Positions 37,176 through 46,372 of a DNA stretch of 64,000 nucleotides are shown here, in pieces. The DNA is from Bacteroidales bacterium (GTDB lineage Bacteria; Bacteroidota; Bacteroidia; Bacteroidales; PXBB01), in NCBI GenBank assembly GCA_003565735.1, contig PXBB01000015.1, forward strand, positions 2,175 through 66,174, given 5' to 3'. The position numbers and the translations under genes were made by a program. The notes under the pieces are model-generated. The model ran no database searches, was not told the DNA's origin, and saw only the letters and a list, made by a program, of their open reading frames with translations. Position 1 is the stretch's first letter; every line of letters begins with the position of its first letter.

Positions 37176-37347
37176 CTGCCGGCGAAGCCCTTTTCCCCGG
37201 CATCGCCTATATTACGCCAATTGTAAAAATGCCAAACACTTAATGCCAAAAGCCTCTTCATTAAGCAAAAAGAACTTAAAAAAATAACAATACTTATGCG
37301 ATTAATTAATATCTTTGTAGGGAAAGGTTTAATAAAGGACTATTGTG
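37176..37347 (+). repeat. Noncoding leader module, copy 2 (upstream of mrr)
   Basis: Shared blocks are gccggcgAagcc; aagcaaaaagaacTtaAaaaaata (37263-37287); and acttatgcgAttaattaatatctttgTAGggaaaGGTTTaataaaggactattgtg (37292-37347). About 80% identity to copy 1 over the 3-prime ~55 nt. Confidence 0.75.
37310..37317 (+). promoter_or_regulatory. Candidate -7 promoter box TATCTTTG (TAnnTTTG) inside leader module copy 2
   Basis: Exact consensus match 80 nt upstream of the mrr ATG. The equivalent position in copy 1 (35939-35946, atattttg) is one base off consensus. Confidence 0.4.
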
Positions 37348-37397
37348 TTGTGCATCAAAATGGGTTGACAAATAACATTTATTAGAAAAAATATAAT

Positions 37398-38294
37398 ATG
37401 GAATTACCAAAATATCATGAGACTTTCTTGCCGATTTTAGAAACATTAAATTCTGCAGAATCGCTTAAAAGTAGAGAACTAGCAGTTATTGTAAAAAATA
37501 ACTATTACTCTCATTTGCCTGAAGAATTACTTAAACAAAAAACCAGTTCTGGTTCGAATGTTTTACTTGACAGGATACTTTGGGGTAAGTCATATCTAAA
37601 AATGGGGAAATTTGTTTCATACCCTAAACGAGGCATCGTTCAAATAACAGAAAAGGGAAAACAAGTTTTAGTTAAAGGTTCCTTGTCTTTACATGACCTT
37701 CAAAATGATCAAGATTTTATCAACCATAGAGAATCAGTAAAAACTGAAAAAGAAAATGATATTGATATAGATCCGATTAAAGTTGAGAATGCTTCGCCAC
37801 AAGACTTAATTGATTCAGGCTTTTCAACTATTGAAAAACAAGTAAAAACTGAACTTTTAGAGAAACTAAAAGAAATAGACCCATATTATTTTGAGAAAGT
37901 TATCCTTATTCTTCTTAAAAAAATGGGATATGGTGATTTTGTCGAAACGTTAAAATCAAGTGATGGTGGAATTGATGGTATAATAAATGAAGACAAGTTA
38001 GGTCTTGAAAAAATTTACACTCAAGCAAAACGCTATAATGAGAACAAAGTACGTGAAAAAGACATAAGAAATTTTATTGGAGCTATGAGTGGAGATACAA
38101 GAAAAGGTGTTTTTATAACAACATCAACTTTTGATGATTCTGCTATTAAAAAAGCAAGAGAAGCACATCATTCTATTATTTTGATTGACGGAGCTAAATT
38201 GGTTGATTTAATGCATCAATATAATGTTGGTATACAAGTAAAAACTATTTACGAAGTGAAAGAGATTGATAACGACTTTTTTGAAGAAGAATAA
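37398..38294 (+). CDS. mrr: Mrr-type (type IV, modification-dependent) restriction endonuclease
   Basis: N-terminal winged-helix Mrr_N-like domain (YHETFLPILETLNS...RILWGKSYLKMGKFVSYPKRGIVQITEKG). C-terminal Mrr_cat PD-(D/E)xK core (FEKVILILLKKMGYG...SSDGGIDGIINEDKLGLEKIYTQAKRY). Confidence 0.88.
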   Translation: MELPKYHETFLPILETLNSAESLKSRELAVIVKNNYYSHLPEELLKQKTSSGSNVLLDRILWGKSYLKMGKFVSYPKRGIVQITEKGKQVLVKGSLSLHDLQNDQDFINHRESVKTEKENDIDIDPIKVENASPQDLIDSGFSTIEKQVKTELLEKLKEIDPYYFEKVILILLKKMGYGDFVETLKSSDGGIDGIINEDKLGLEKIYTQAKRYNENKVREKDIRNFIGAMSGDTRKGVFITTSTFDDSAIKKAREAHHSIILIDGAKLVDLMHQYNVGIQVKTIYEVKEIDNDFFEEE

Positions 38295-38456
38295 CTAAGC
38301 ACAATCGAGTAGCTACCCACCAGCTAACAATTTTAACATAGTTTTCCTTGTTTGCAGTTTGATATGATTTTGAGCCTCACTACGAAGTTCTAATGCATAA
38401 TGCGAGTTCTAAAAGCTACCGCCAAGAGCCCAAAAGAAAGCATAAAGCTAAAGAGC

Positions 38457-41087
38457 TTATCTGTTTAGTTTTCCGGCAAGTACAGCCGTTTTTTTATATT
38501 TTTTCACCTGACCGTTAACATCAAAAACCTCAACAAAAATGATGTAAATGCCGATATTTGCTTTAAGGTTATCATCTGTAATGCCATTCCAGGAAAACAT
38601 ACCGCTGGTGCCTAACAATTCATTGTTTACCAGGTGGCGCACTTGTCGTCCACGGGCATCATATATAACAATGCTGGCCACATAACCCGGATTTTCGAAT
38701 TTATAAGCTACGTTAAGGACATCATCATGGCCATCGTTATCAGGAGAAAAAACTTTAGGATATACCGTAATGGCGACATCATCTGCTTCAAGGACAATAC
38801 CGAATTGAGAGTTTTTATATCCCGGGGTACCATAGCCGGCGCCGGCAGCAGCCGAATGCCAATTTGTACGATCATCAGAGGGGCGCTCATAGTGGATACG
38901 CTCCAGAGAAACACCCTTTACATCTCTTAGCAAAGGATAGTGCATACCCTCTTCATAAACGAGCATATCTATTTCTTCAGCTGCTGCATTTGCTATAACG
39001 GCAATACCACTGCTGTTATTAAACTGAGGCAAAGATGGCATTTCAACAAAATTTTGAGGATAGGGCGTGTGGTAAAAAGGTTTAACCCTATGATTGTTAG
39101 AAGTAAGCACTATATAATCTTCGGGAAACATCAGGTAACTGCTTGCCGATATGTTTCTTATTTGCGTCAGCTCATCTAAAATGGTATCCTTAGAGCTGAG
39201 TCTTAAAGTCTGCAAATCAATGATCTTGGAGGAACGGTTATAAATTTCCACATACTCCGTCCCACCAACAGGGGGATTAAAAAGTATTTCATTGATGACA
39301 ATATCGTTTGGTTCGGCCGGTTGTGGTAAACCAAAATAGGCCGTGTTATTATCAGAAAGCTGAAGCCCCACGCAGTCTTCTAAAGCCTGGGAGACGGTTA
39401 TTTTGTAGATGGTTCCGGTTTGCAGCTCAACAGGCAATTCAAGGATTACCGACTTGAATAAAGGGCTTTGTGGCATGAGGCTTAAAGGTTGCCCAATGCC
39501 ATTATCTATGGAATAGTATTGTGGTATATCAAGTGAATGGGGTAACATGCGTTGGTCGAAGAACACTTCTACAGTCACGGAATCAATAATACCTACCCTC
39601 AATACTGAAGGTTTGAGGGTATCAGGATTATCGGCAATAATTGAATTTTCATATCCGGGTGTTCCACCGGTGGGGTCTTCAGAGGCTCTCCAGTTAGCCA
39701 TACCACCACAAGGGTTTGCGGCATCAATCATTTCGAGAGACCACCCGCCATTTCTTTTCTGGTTATCATCATACCAGTCATCCGTATATGCAAGCGCATG
39801 AATGATATTGTTTTGTGCATCGGATAAAACCAGGGTTGTGCCAGCATTTGTCAGTGCTGTTGCAGAAAGTCCGGGTACAGCTACCACATTTCCATAGGCA
39901 GCCAACTCGGGATAAGCATTTTCTGTAACCAGTAATACATAACCCTCCGGCTCAATGACAGCATCAGGGATGATACGTACTGTTTGTGCATGTTGCAAAT
40001 GCCAGTCTCTGAGATTTATTGGATAGGGGGTGCGGTTGTATAACTCAATGTACTCATGCGGGGGAAGGCCTACTGCCGGTGTAGGGTCAACCATAAGCTC
40101 ATTGAAAACAACATCATGCAATACAGGGATATAGTAAACAAACTGCTTAGATTGCGTCTGCATAGTATTGCCGCTAAGGTCCATAATGTTCCGGGCGGTT
40201 ATAATGTATGGCAGGGTTTGCGTAAAGCTGCCGGTAAAGGAAAGTTCTACAACATTAAAAGAGCCGGCAACAAAGGAAGCCTGTGCAGGCTGCCCTACCC
40301 CCATATCAACCTCGTAGTTAGACAGGTCAAGCGCAGTAGTGGGTTCTAATGCCTTATTAAAAACAAGCTCCAAAGAATTATCTGACAGCACATTAACCAT
40401 TTCAATCTGTGGGGGTATGGTATCCGGGATTATCTGCCCGACATAGAAGTCGTCGAAATAAAACCTGTTAACATTAGTGGTTGTATATTTGCAAAGAACG
40501 CCAAAAAAAGCGGTTGCGTTATAGGTTTGGTCTATGGCACTGCCTTGAGGGAAAAAAGCATGACCGCCGAGCGGGTCGCAAAACATTTCCCATAAGCCAT
40601 TACCATCGCGCGTCACTCTTATTCTCAGCAAATTATTACTTCCTGTTGCAAGATTATCCAATCCTTCAATAAGCTGCGTCTTTTGTGTTCCGTCCTGCCT
40701 GAACAAATACAAGCGCTTATTATCGGTGCCGGTTTTACCAATTTGGATATAATATCCGTTAAGGGGCCCTCTTAAATCAGCATTGTCGGACGCCAGATAA
40801 ATCACAGCATGGTTATTGTCGGACGGTGTAAAGGCAAGACGTACAAAAAAACGCCATTCGGTTTGTTCAACAATGCTGCTTTCTGTTACCAGATAAGAGC
40901 TGTCGGGGAAAGGACCCTGCGAGGGAGATGTCAGCCTTAACTGATAATTTTCAACACTAAAGTGTGAAACATCCCCTGACCATGAAGGATTGTGGGTAAA
41001 GTTACCATTGCTGAAATCGTCTGTAAACTGGGCATGACAAAAGACAGGAATTATTAATATAAAAATAAATATTTTTTTCATATACAT
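38457..41087 (-). CDS. Large secreted lamin-tail-domain (LTD) protein with a C-terminal beta-sandwich resembling a T9SS type B / FlgD-Ig-like domain
   Basis: Signal peptide MYMKKIFIFILIIPVFCHAQ. Two LTD units (VVFNELMVDPTP...EYIELYNRTPYPINLRDW and IVINEILFNPPVGGTEYVEIYNRSSKIIDL). C-terminus FSPDNDGHDDVLNVAYKF...IYDARGRQVRHL...FSWNG...GIYIIFVEV. Confidence 0.7.
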   Translation of the reverse strand: MYMKKIFIFILIIPVFCHAQFTDDFSNGNFTHNPSWSGDVSHFSVENYQLRLTSPSQGPFPDSSYLVTESSIVEQTEWRFFVRLAFTPSDNNHAVIYLASDNADLRGPLNGYYIQIGKTGTDNKRLYLFRQDGTQKTQLIEGLDNLATGSNNLLRIRVTRDGNGLWEMFCDPLGGHAFFPQGSAIDQTYNATAFFGVLCKYTTTNVNRFYFDDFYVGQIIPDTIPPQIEMVNVLSDNSLELVFNKALEPTTALDLSNYEVDMGVGQPAQASFVAGSFNVVELSFTGSFTQTLPYIITARNIMDLSGNTMQTQSKQFVYYIPVLHDVVFNELMVDPTPAVGLPPHEYIELYNRTPYPINLRDWHLQHAQTVRIIPDAVIEPEGYVLLVTENAYPELAAYGNVVAVPGLSATALTNAGTTLVLSDAQNNIIHALAYTDDWYDDNQKRNGGWSLEMIDAANPCGGMANWRASEDPTGGTPGYENSIIADNPDTLKPSVLRVGIIDSVTVEVFFDQRMLPHSLDIPQYYSIDNGIGQPLSLMPQSPLFKSVILELPVELQTGTIYKITVSQALEDCVGLQLSDNNTAYFGLPQPAEPNDIVINEILFNPPVGGTEYVEIYNRSSKIIDLQTLRLSSKDTILDELTQIRNISASSYLMFPEDYIVLTSNNHRVKPFYHTPYPQNFVEMPSLPQFNNSSGIAVIANAAAEEIDMLVYEEGMHYPLLRDVKGVSLERIHYERPSDDRTNWHSAAAGAGYGTPGYKNSQFGIVLEADDVAITVYPKVFSPDNDGHDDVLNVAYKFENPGYVASIVIYDARGRQVRHLVNNELLGTSGMFSWNGITDDNLKANIGIYIIFVEVFDVNGQVKKYKKTAVLAGKLNR

Positions 41088-41176
41088 TTTGTTTGCGAAC
41101 GTAAAAATACTATTTTTGTTTATAAATATATTTACTATTCCTAAAAAAATTACAGGATTAATAAAAACTAAAGTTT

Positions 41177-42166
41177 ATGAAATTAGCAGTCGTAGGCATT
41201 ACCGGATTAGTGGGTCGGGTCATAACAGAAGTTCTCGAAGCCTATAAGTTGCCATTAAGCATGTTCATTCCTGTTGCTTCGGCAAGATCTGCCGGCAAGC
41301 AGGTACAGTTTTGCAAGCAAGCTTACACAGTATTAACACCAGAGGAAGCACTTGAGATGCATCCCGATATAGTAATTTTTTCAGCCGGCAGCGACACATC
41401 CAAAAAGTGGGCACCTGAATTTGTGCGGGCTGGCAGCTACGTCGTTGACAATTCGTCAGCCTGGCGTATGGATGAAAGCGTCCCCTTGATAGTGCCTGAA
41501 GTAAACGGGAACATACTGAAAAAGCACCACAAAATAATAGCCAACCCTAATTGTTCTACCATTCAACTGGTGGTAGCCTTGGCACCTTTGCACACAGTTT
41601 ACGGAATAAAAAAAATACATATAGCAACCTATCAATCTGTTAGTGGCTCGGGCAAAGAAGCTGTTGAACAACTAAATGCGGAGAGGCGTGGCATGAAAAG
41701 TAAACAGGCATACCCCCACCCCATCGATTTGAATTGCTTTCCTTTTGGTGGCTCATTTTTAGACAACGGTTATTCAACTGAAGAAATGAAGCTGGTACAT
41801 GAAACACGAAAAATATTAGGCGCACCTGCTATTGAAGTCAATGCTACTGTGGTTCGTATTCCTGTTTTAGGAGGGCACTCGGAAGCTGTTTATGTAGAAT
41901 TTGAAAAAAATGTTGACATAGATACTGTTAATCAACTGTTGCAGAAGGCTAAAGGAGTTGAAGTTCAAGATGATATAGCTCAGCATCTTTACCCTATGCC
42001 TTTGTATGCCGAAAACAGAGATGAGGTATTTGTAGGACGGATACGCAAAGGCCTTTTTAACGACCACTCAGTCCATATGTGGATAGTAGCCGACAACCTT
42101 CGGAAAGGAGCTGCTACCAACGCTGTACAAATAGCCCAAATAATTATAAATAATAAATTTTTGTAA
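41177..42166 (+). CDS. asd: Aspartate-semialdehyde dehydrogenase
   Basis: VVGITGLVGR (NAD(P) binding), the active-site block IIANPNCSTIQLVVAL, SVSGSGK, and GHSEAVYVEF. Confidence 0.93.
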   Translation: MKLAVVGITGLVGRVITEVLEAYKLPLSMFIPVASARSAGKQVQFCKQAYTVLTPEEALEMHPDIVIFSAGSDTSKKWAPEFVRAGSYVVDNSSAWRMDESVPLIVPEVNGNILKKHHKIIANPNCSTIQLVVALAPLHTVYGIKKIHIATYQSVSGSGKEAVEQLNAERRGMKSKQAYPHPIDLNCFPFGGSFLDNGYSTEEMKLVHETRKILGAPAIEVNATVVRIPVLGGHSEAVYVEFEKNVDIDTVNQLLQKAKGVEVQDDIAQHLYPMPLYAENRDEVFVGRIRKGLFNDHSVHMWIVADNLRKGAATNAVQIAQIIINNKFL

Positions 42167-42182
42167 ACTAAAAACTAATATC

Positions 42183-42824
42183 ATGGAAAAAGAAAATCTA
42201 CGTGAGGAAAAACTGTTAAATCCCTCAGAAATAGCCAATATTAGAATCCTTGGCGGACTGGGTGCCCTTTTTGCTTTGGCAGGCATCATACCTTACATTG
42301 GCTGGCTGCTCTCTGTAGCAAGCATTGTGTTATTGCTGATAAGCTTTTACAAAATATCTTTCTTATCAGGCAAAAAGTTCATTTTTAATTATATCCTCAT
42401 CTCTGTTTTGCTAGGTTTTGCTATGGCAATGGTAGTCGTACTTATTATCATTTTTTCTTTTATGGAAGCTTTAAAATTCAGCCATTTCGATATGCAGCAT
42501 TTTATAGACACCTTTAGGGTTGAAGGCAGTATTCTTTATACTATCCTGATGATTTTAGTATTTATTTATGCCCTGTCTATTGTTGTTGCATTTTTATGGA
42601 AGAGAAGCCTGGAGGGATGCGCTTTGTTCTTTAAGGAAAAACTGTTTTCTACAGCCGGTTTATTATTTGTTATCGGGGCTTTCACTTTAATACTATGCGG
42701 TATTGGTATTCTTGTGAGTCTTGCTGGTTATATAGTTTTAGCCATAGCTTTCTTTTCAATAAAACCCATCATCCCGGAACAAGAAAAAAGTGCTGACATC
42801 ATGGATGTGCCTGCGTCAGATTAA
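42183..42824 (+). CDS. Multi-pass integral membrane protein of unknown function
   Basis: 213 aa with about 5 hydrophobic helices (ILGGLGALFALAGIIPYIGWLLSVASIVLLLI, ILISVLLGFAMAMVVVLIIIF, and others). Lies 16 nt downstream of asd. Confidence 0.5.
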   Translation: MEKENLREEKLLNPSEIANIRILGGLGALFALAGIIPYIGWLLSVASIVLLLISFYKISFLSGKKFIFNYILISVLLGFAMAMVVVLIIIFSFMEALKFSHFDMQHFIDTFRVEGSILYTILMILVFIYALSIVVAFLWKRSLEGCALFFKEKLFSTAGLLFVIGAFTLILCGIGILVSLAGYIVLAIAFFSIKPIIPEQEKSADIMDVPASD

Positions 42825-43362
42825 AATTTTCAGGATATTTGGCATTTTTTCCTGTATAAAATGCTTTAATAATTTTGAAATCGGCCTCATAAATGCCCTG
42901 AGGATACAAAACAGTATCACTCAAGCCGCATCTTTTGTGTTTATAATCAATGTACCCCATAAGTATAGGCACTCCGGCAGCCTGCGCTATGGTATAAAAA
43001 CCTTTTTTCCAGTTGTTGGTATATTTACGGGTGCCTTCAGGAGTAATAACAAGGTACATCTTTTTGGATTTTTTAAACAAATCAACCAGTTGTTTGACAG
43101 TTCTTTTGGGATTTTTCCTGTCAACTGGGACGCCCCCACACCTTTTTAACAACCAGCCCAGCGGTGTGTTGAAAGCTTCTTTCTTAATCATAAAATGGAA
43201 CTTAACACCCAGCACATTGGATGCATGCCAGCCAACATAAAAATCACTATAGCTGGTATGGGGAGCCTGTATTATAATAGCTTTGTTTATGTGTGTAGGT
43301 ATTTGCCCGGAAAGTTTCCACCCATAGCTTTTTAAAACCAATCGAGAGAATATTTTTAACAT
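42799..43362 (-). CDS. 1-acyl-sn-glycerol-3-phosphate acyltransferase family protein (PlsC-like)
   Basis: HxxxxD acyltransferase motif in IIQAPHTSYSDF, then LVITPEGTR (the xxEGTR block). Confidence 0.75.
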   Translation of the reverse strand: MLKIFSRLVLKSYGWKLSGQIPTHINKAIIIQAPHTSYSDFYVGWHASNVLGVKFHFMIKKEAFNTPLGWLLKRCGGVPVDRKNPKRTVKQLVDLFKKSKKMYLVITPEGTRKYTNNWKKGFYTIAQAAGVPILMGYIDYKHKRCGLSDTVLYPQGIYEADFKIIKAFYTGKNAKYPENFNLTQAHP

Positions 43363-43380
43363 CGTCTGAAAAATAAATAA

Positions 43381-46269
43381 TTACCTGCTGAAAAGATTTC
43401 TTTTTCTGACTTCAATGATCTTCCCAAATTTTTCAATTTCCTGCATGTCCAGTTTTCTTTTATCACCAACAATACAGATAACCACAGGCTTATTCAAAAG
43501 GTTTTGCTGATGGAAAGTAACAATATCATTCATATTTAGGGTGCTGAAAATTTCCATTTTAAGAAGTGCCGGGTCGTCGTAAAATCCCTGGTGGCGCCAA
43601 TCAGCAACTTTTTTACTAAGGACTCGGAAATGTGGTCTCGATAGGTATAGCTTTTCTAAAAGAGATTGCCGGAGCACTTCCACCCTCTCTTCTTTTTCAG
43701 GCAGGTTGTTAAATAACTCCATAAAAGTTTCAATAGCTTCAACAGTCTTATCAGCCTGCGTTCCTATATAGCCGGTAAAGAATGAAGGTTCGTGCGCTTT
43801 TACCGGTTTTACCAACGAAGCTCCCGTAGCATAAGCCAGTGAGCGAAATTCACGAATTTCCTGAACGACCAAACCGGAGAAGCCGCCACCAAAATATTCA
43901 TTAAAAGCTTCGTAGTAGGGATCGTTTTCCGGTTTAAAAGTTTCGCCATTAACGAGGAAATATATTTGACTTTGAATGGCATTCCTGTCATTTACAAAAA
44001 ACACCTTATTTTGTTCAAATACTCTGTCTTTAATATGCAGCGGCGCTTTCGACTCTTGCAAATCACCGGATAAAATCAAATGTGTTTCTATGAGAGAAGC
44101 CAGCTCATCAGTGCGCATAAGGGAACCGACATAGTGCATTTCTACCTGATATTGTAAAGCATAGTTGAAAGCTTCCAAAAGTTCATCGGTTTTAAACCTT
44201 CTTACTTGCCTTAGCGTGGGTCTGTTAATAAAAGTAGAAAGGTCGCCACGACGTACATAATGAACCAGAGCACGCGCGATACTTGCCGGGTCTTTATCTT
44301 CCAGGCGGCGCATGGTGCGTTCTTCCTGATATATAAGCCTTACTTTGTCCCTCTCAATAACAGGTTCATTCAACAACTCATTAAGCAGGAGTAAGGCATC
44401 TTTAAAATTTTGCTCCAGCCCACGCATCTCGATGTTTAAGTATTGGTTGTCACTATATATCTGATAGGTGGCTCCAATATTCTGAAAATCTCTTTTTAGC
44501 TCATCCACATTTCTGTTGACCGTACCAGCATAGTTCATAATTTGGGCAGCATGTTTTAAAATAGGTTTTTCAAAATGACCTATGCCCACTCTAAACCTGA
44601 CACTAAAAACGTCATTAACGGGATTTTGCACATGAAACATTTTTATATGGTCAGAGACTTGGATTTCAACAACATCGTTCCGGAAACTTACGGGCACAAA
44701 AGAAGGTTCCATAGCAGGTTGCTCGAGGAAAACTTCTGCATAAGGGGAAACGGCATCAACATCCGGTTCAATAGGGTCAAAGCCGGGTTTTTCGAGTTTT
44801 TCCTTTCGGGGGAAGCCTCTTTTAGAGTGAAGAACCAAATAGTTTTCGTTAAAGTACTTTTGAGCCACTCTGCTCACATCCTGAATTGTAACAGCTTGAA
44901 TATGTCTTGGGTAGTCAAGCGCTCTTCTGATATCTCTGTTTTGCGAAAAAGCCTGAGCCAAAAATACGGCACGCCCTTGCAAATCTTCCATAGAGCTGAC
45001 ATAATAAAGATAAATTTCATTTTTTACAGCCATGAACAACCTTTCGTCAATATTACCGCTGTGTATTTCTTTAAGTGCGTCAAGTACAATATTTTCTGCT
45101 TTTCTGAGAGACTGCCTGAAAGGTTTTGGGATAAAAAGGATAACACCTGCTCCGTGATCATTGAAACGGGCAATAGGAAGGGGCCCCGCATACATGAGTT
45201 TATTGTCAAGAACCAGCTTATCGAGAACACCCGTACCAGAGGTATTTGAAAGAATTCTTTCAAATACATCCACTGCATACTCATATTCATGCGTGTTAGG
45301 AACGGTTCTGAAACCCATCAGCCCTAACTTAATGGGGCTTAGTCTTTCTGACACAAGCTCCCTGCCATCAAAAGGCTCTTCTTCATAACGGGGGTACCGA
45401 GGCAGTGGTCTGTACTCTAAATTACCGAAATAGTTTTGCAAATGAGATTTGACAAATTCATAATCAAAATTTCCGGTAAGAATCAGCGCCATATTGTTAG
45501 GCACGTAATAGGTATTGTAAAATTCATACATTTTACTTAATGACGGGTTTTTTAAATGCTCGGTAGAACCAATTATGGATTGTTGCCCGTAAGGGTGTTT
45601 CTTAAACAAGTGTGCCATAAAAGTTTCAAAAACACCGGTGATAAAATTGTCGTTATACATATTCTTTTCTTCAAAAACGACCTCCAACTCCGATTGAAAA
45701 AGTCTGAACACAGGGTTGGTAAAACGATGGCTGTATAGGTCCAGCCATTTTTCAATTTGGTGGGGAGGGAAAGCATTAAAATAGAATGTCATCTCATGAC
45801 CGGTAGCTGCATTGAGGTTCGTTCCGCCGATACTTCTCACCAACTTATCAAGTTCAGCAGGAATGGCAAACCGACCTGCTTTTACCGAGAACTTGTTAAT
45901 CTCTTTCAAAATCTTTTTACGTTCTTCCTCATTCTGTGTCTTCGACAGCTTGTCATACAAAGCTGTAATTTTATCAAGATAAGGCTTTTCTTCCTCGTAG
46001 TTGGTCGTTCCTAAGATGTCAGTACCCTTAAAAAGCATATGTTCAAGATAATGTGCTATGCCGGTTTGGTCGGCAGGGTCATGTTTACTTCCTGCTCTTA
46101 TCACCACACCTCCGAATACTTTTTGCTGGCTGTTGTCAGGATTTAGAATGACAGTTAATCCATTATCCAAAGCAAAAACATCAAGTTCATAACCGGAAAA
46201 CTCCTGTGCTTTCAAAAATTGGCTACCTAATAGCTGAAAGCAAAAAAATATTAAGAAAAACTTTTTCAT
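43381..46269 (-). CDS. Secreted M16 family (pitrilysin/insulinase-like) zinc peptidase, double-length form
   Basis: Signal peptide, then the inverted zinc motif HYLEHMLFKGT (HxxEH) with downstream NAATGHEMTFY. 962 aa is consistent with four M16 half-domains in a single chain. Confidence 0.88.
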   Translation of the reverse strand: MKKFFLIFFCFQLLGSQFLKAQEFSGYELDVFALDNGLTVILNPDNSQQKVFGGVVIRAGSKHDPADQTGIAHYLEHMLFKGTDILGTTNYEEEKPYLDKITALYDKLSKTQNEEERKKILKEINKFSVKAGRFAIPAELDKLVRSIGGTNLNAATGHEMTFYFNAFPPHQIEKWLDLYSHRFTNPVFRLFQSELEVVFEEKNMYNDNFITGVFETFMAHLFKKHPYGQQSIIGSTEHLKNPSLSKMYEFYNTYYVPNNMALILTGNFDYEFVKSHLQNYFGNLEYRPLPRYPRYEEEPFDGRELVSERLSPIKLGLMGFRTVPNTHEYEYAVDVFERILSNTSGTGVLDKLVLDNKLMYAGPLPIARFNDHGAGVILFIPKPFRQSLRKAENIVLDALKEIHSGNIDERLFMAVKNEIYLYYVSSMEDLQGRAVFLAQAFSQNRDIRRALDYPRHIQAVTIQDVSRVAQKYFNENYLVLHSKRGFPRKEKLEKPGFDPIEPDVDAVSPYAEVFLEQPAMEPSFVPVSFRNDVVEIQVSDHIKMFHVQNPVNDVFSVRFRVGIGHFEKPILKHAAQIMNYAGTVNRNVDELKRDFQNIGATYQIYSDNQYLNIEMRGLEQNFKDALLLLNELLNEPVIERDKVRLIYQEERTMRRLEDKDPASIARALVHYVRRGDLSTFINRPTLRQVRRFKTDELLEAFNYALQYQVEMHYVGSLMRTDELASLIETHLILSGDLQESKAPLHIKDRVFEQNKVFFVNDRNAIQSQIYFLVNGETFKPENDPYYEAFNEYFGGGFSGLVVQEIREFRSLAYATGASLVKPVKAHEPSFFTGYIGTQADKTVEAIETFMELFNNLPEKEERVEVLRQSLLEKLYLSRPHFRVLSKKVADWRHQGFYDDPALLKMEIFSTLNMNDIVTFHQQNLLNKPVVICIVGDKRKLDMQEIEKFGKIIEVRKRNLFSR

Positions 46270-46372
46270 GGCAGTTGTTTATGTTTTAATTAGTATAAAA
46301 TTAGGGCATAAAATATTTTTGGGTTTTATCATCAACATATAAAAACAATGCTGTTGTTGTGTGATATAAAAA

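Noticed and set aside
37041-37226. A 61-aa ORF in the GC-rich spacer upstream of mrr.
   Set aside because: It has no start context or protein-like features and lies in a region better explained as noncoding repeat or structured sequence.
35436-38456. An integron-like cassette array (attC sites) as the explanation for the island.
   Set aside because: No integrase is present in the window. The spacers are 160-570 nt rather than compact attC sites. I could not find the RYYYAAC...GTTRRRY core pairs. The shared module sits 5-prime of the genes and contains a promoter box, unlike promoterless cassettes.
44575-45249. A 224-aa ORF antisense to the M16 peptidase gene, and similar antisense ORFs (for example 57534..58025 at 163 aa, 58837..59250 at 137 aa, 3788..4174 at 128 aa, 42790..43149 at 119 aa, 31778..32146 at 122 aa, 51267..51611 at 114 aa).
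   Set aside because: Each is fully contained in a longer ORF on the opposite strand that has strong family motifs. The antisense translations have no recognisable domains and have skewed composition.
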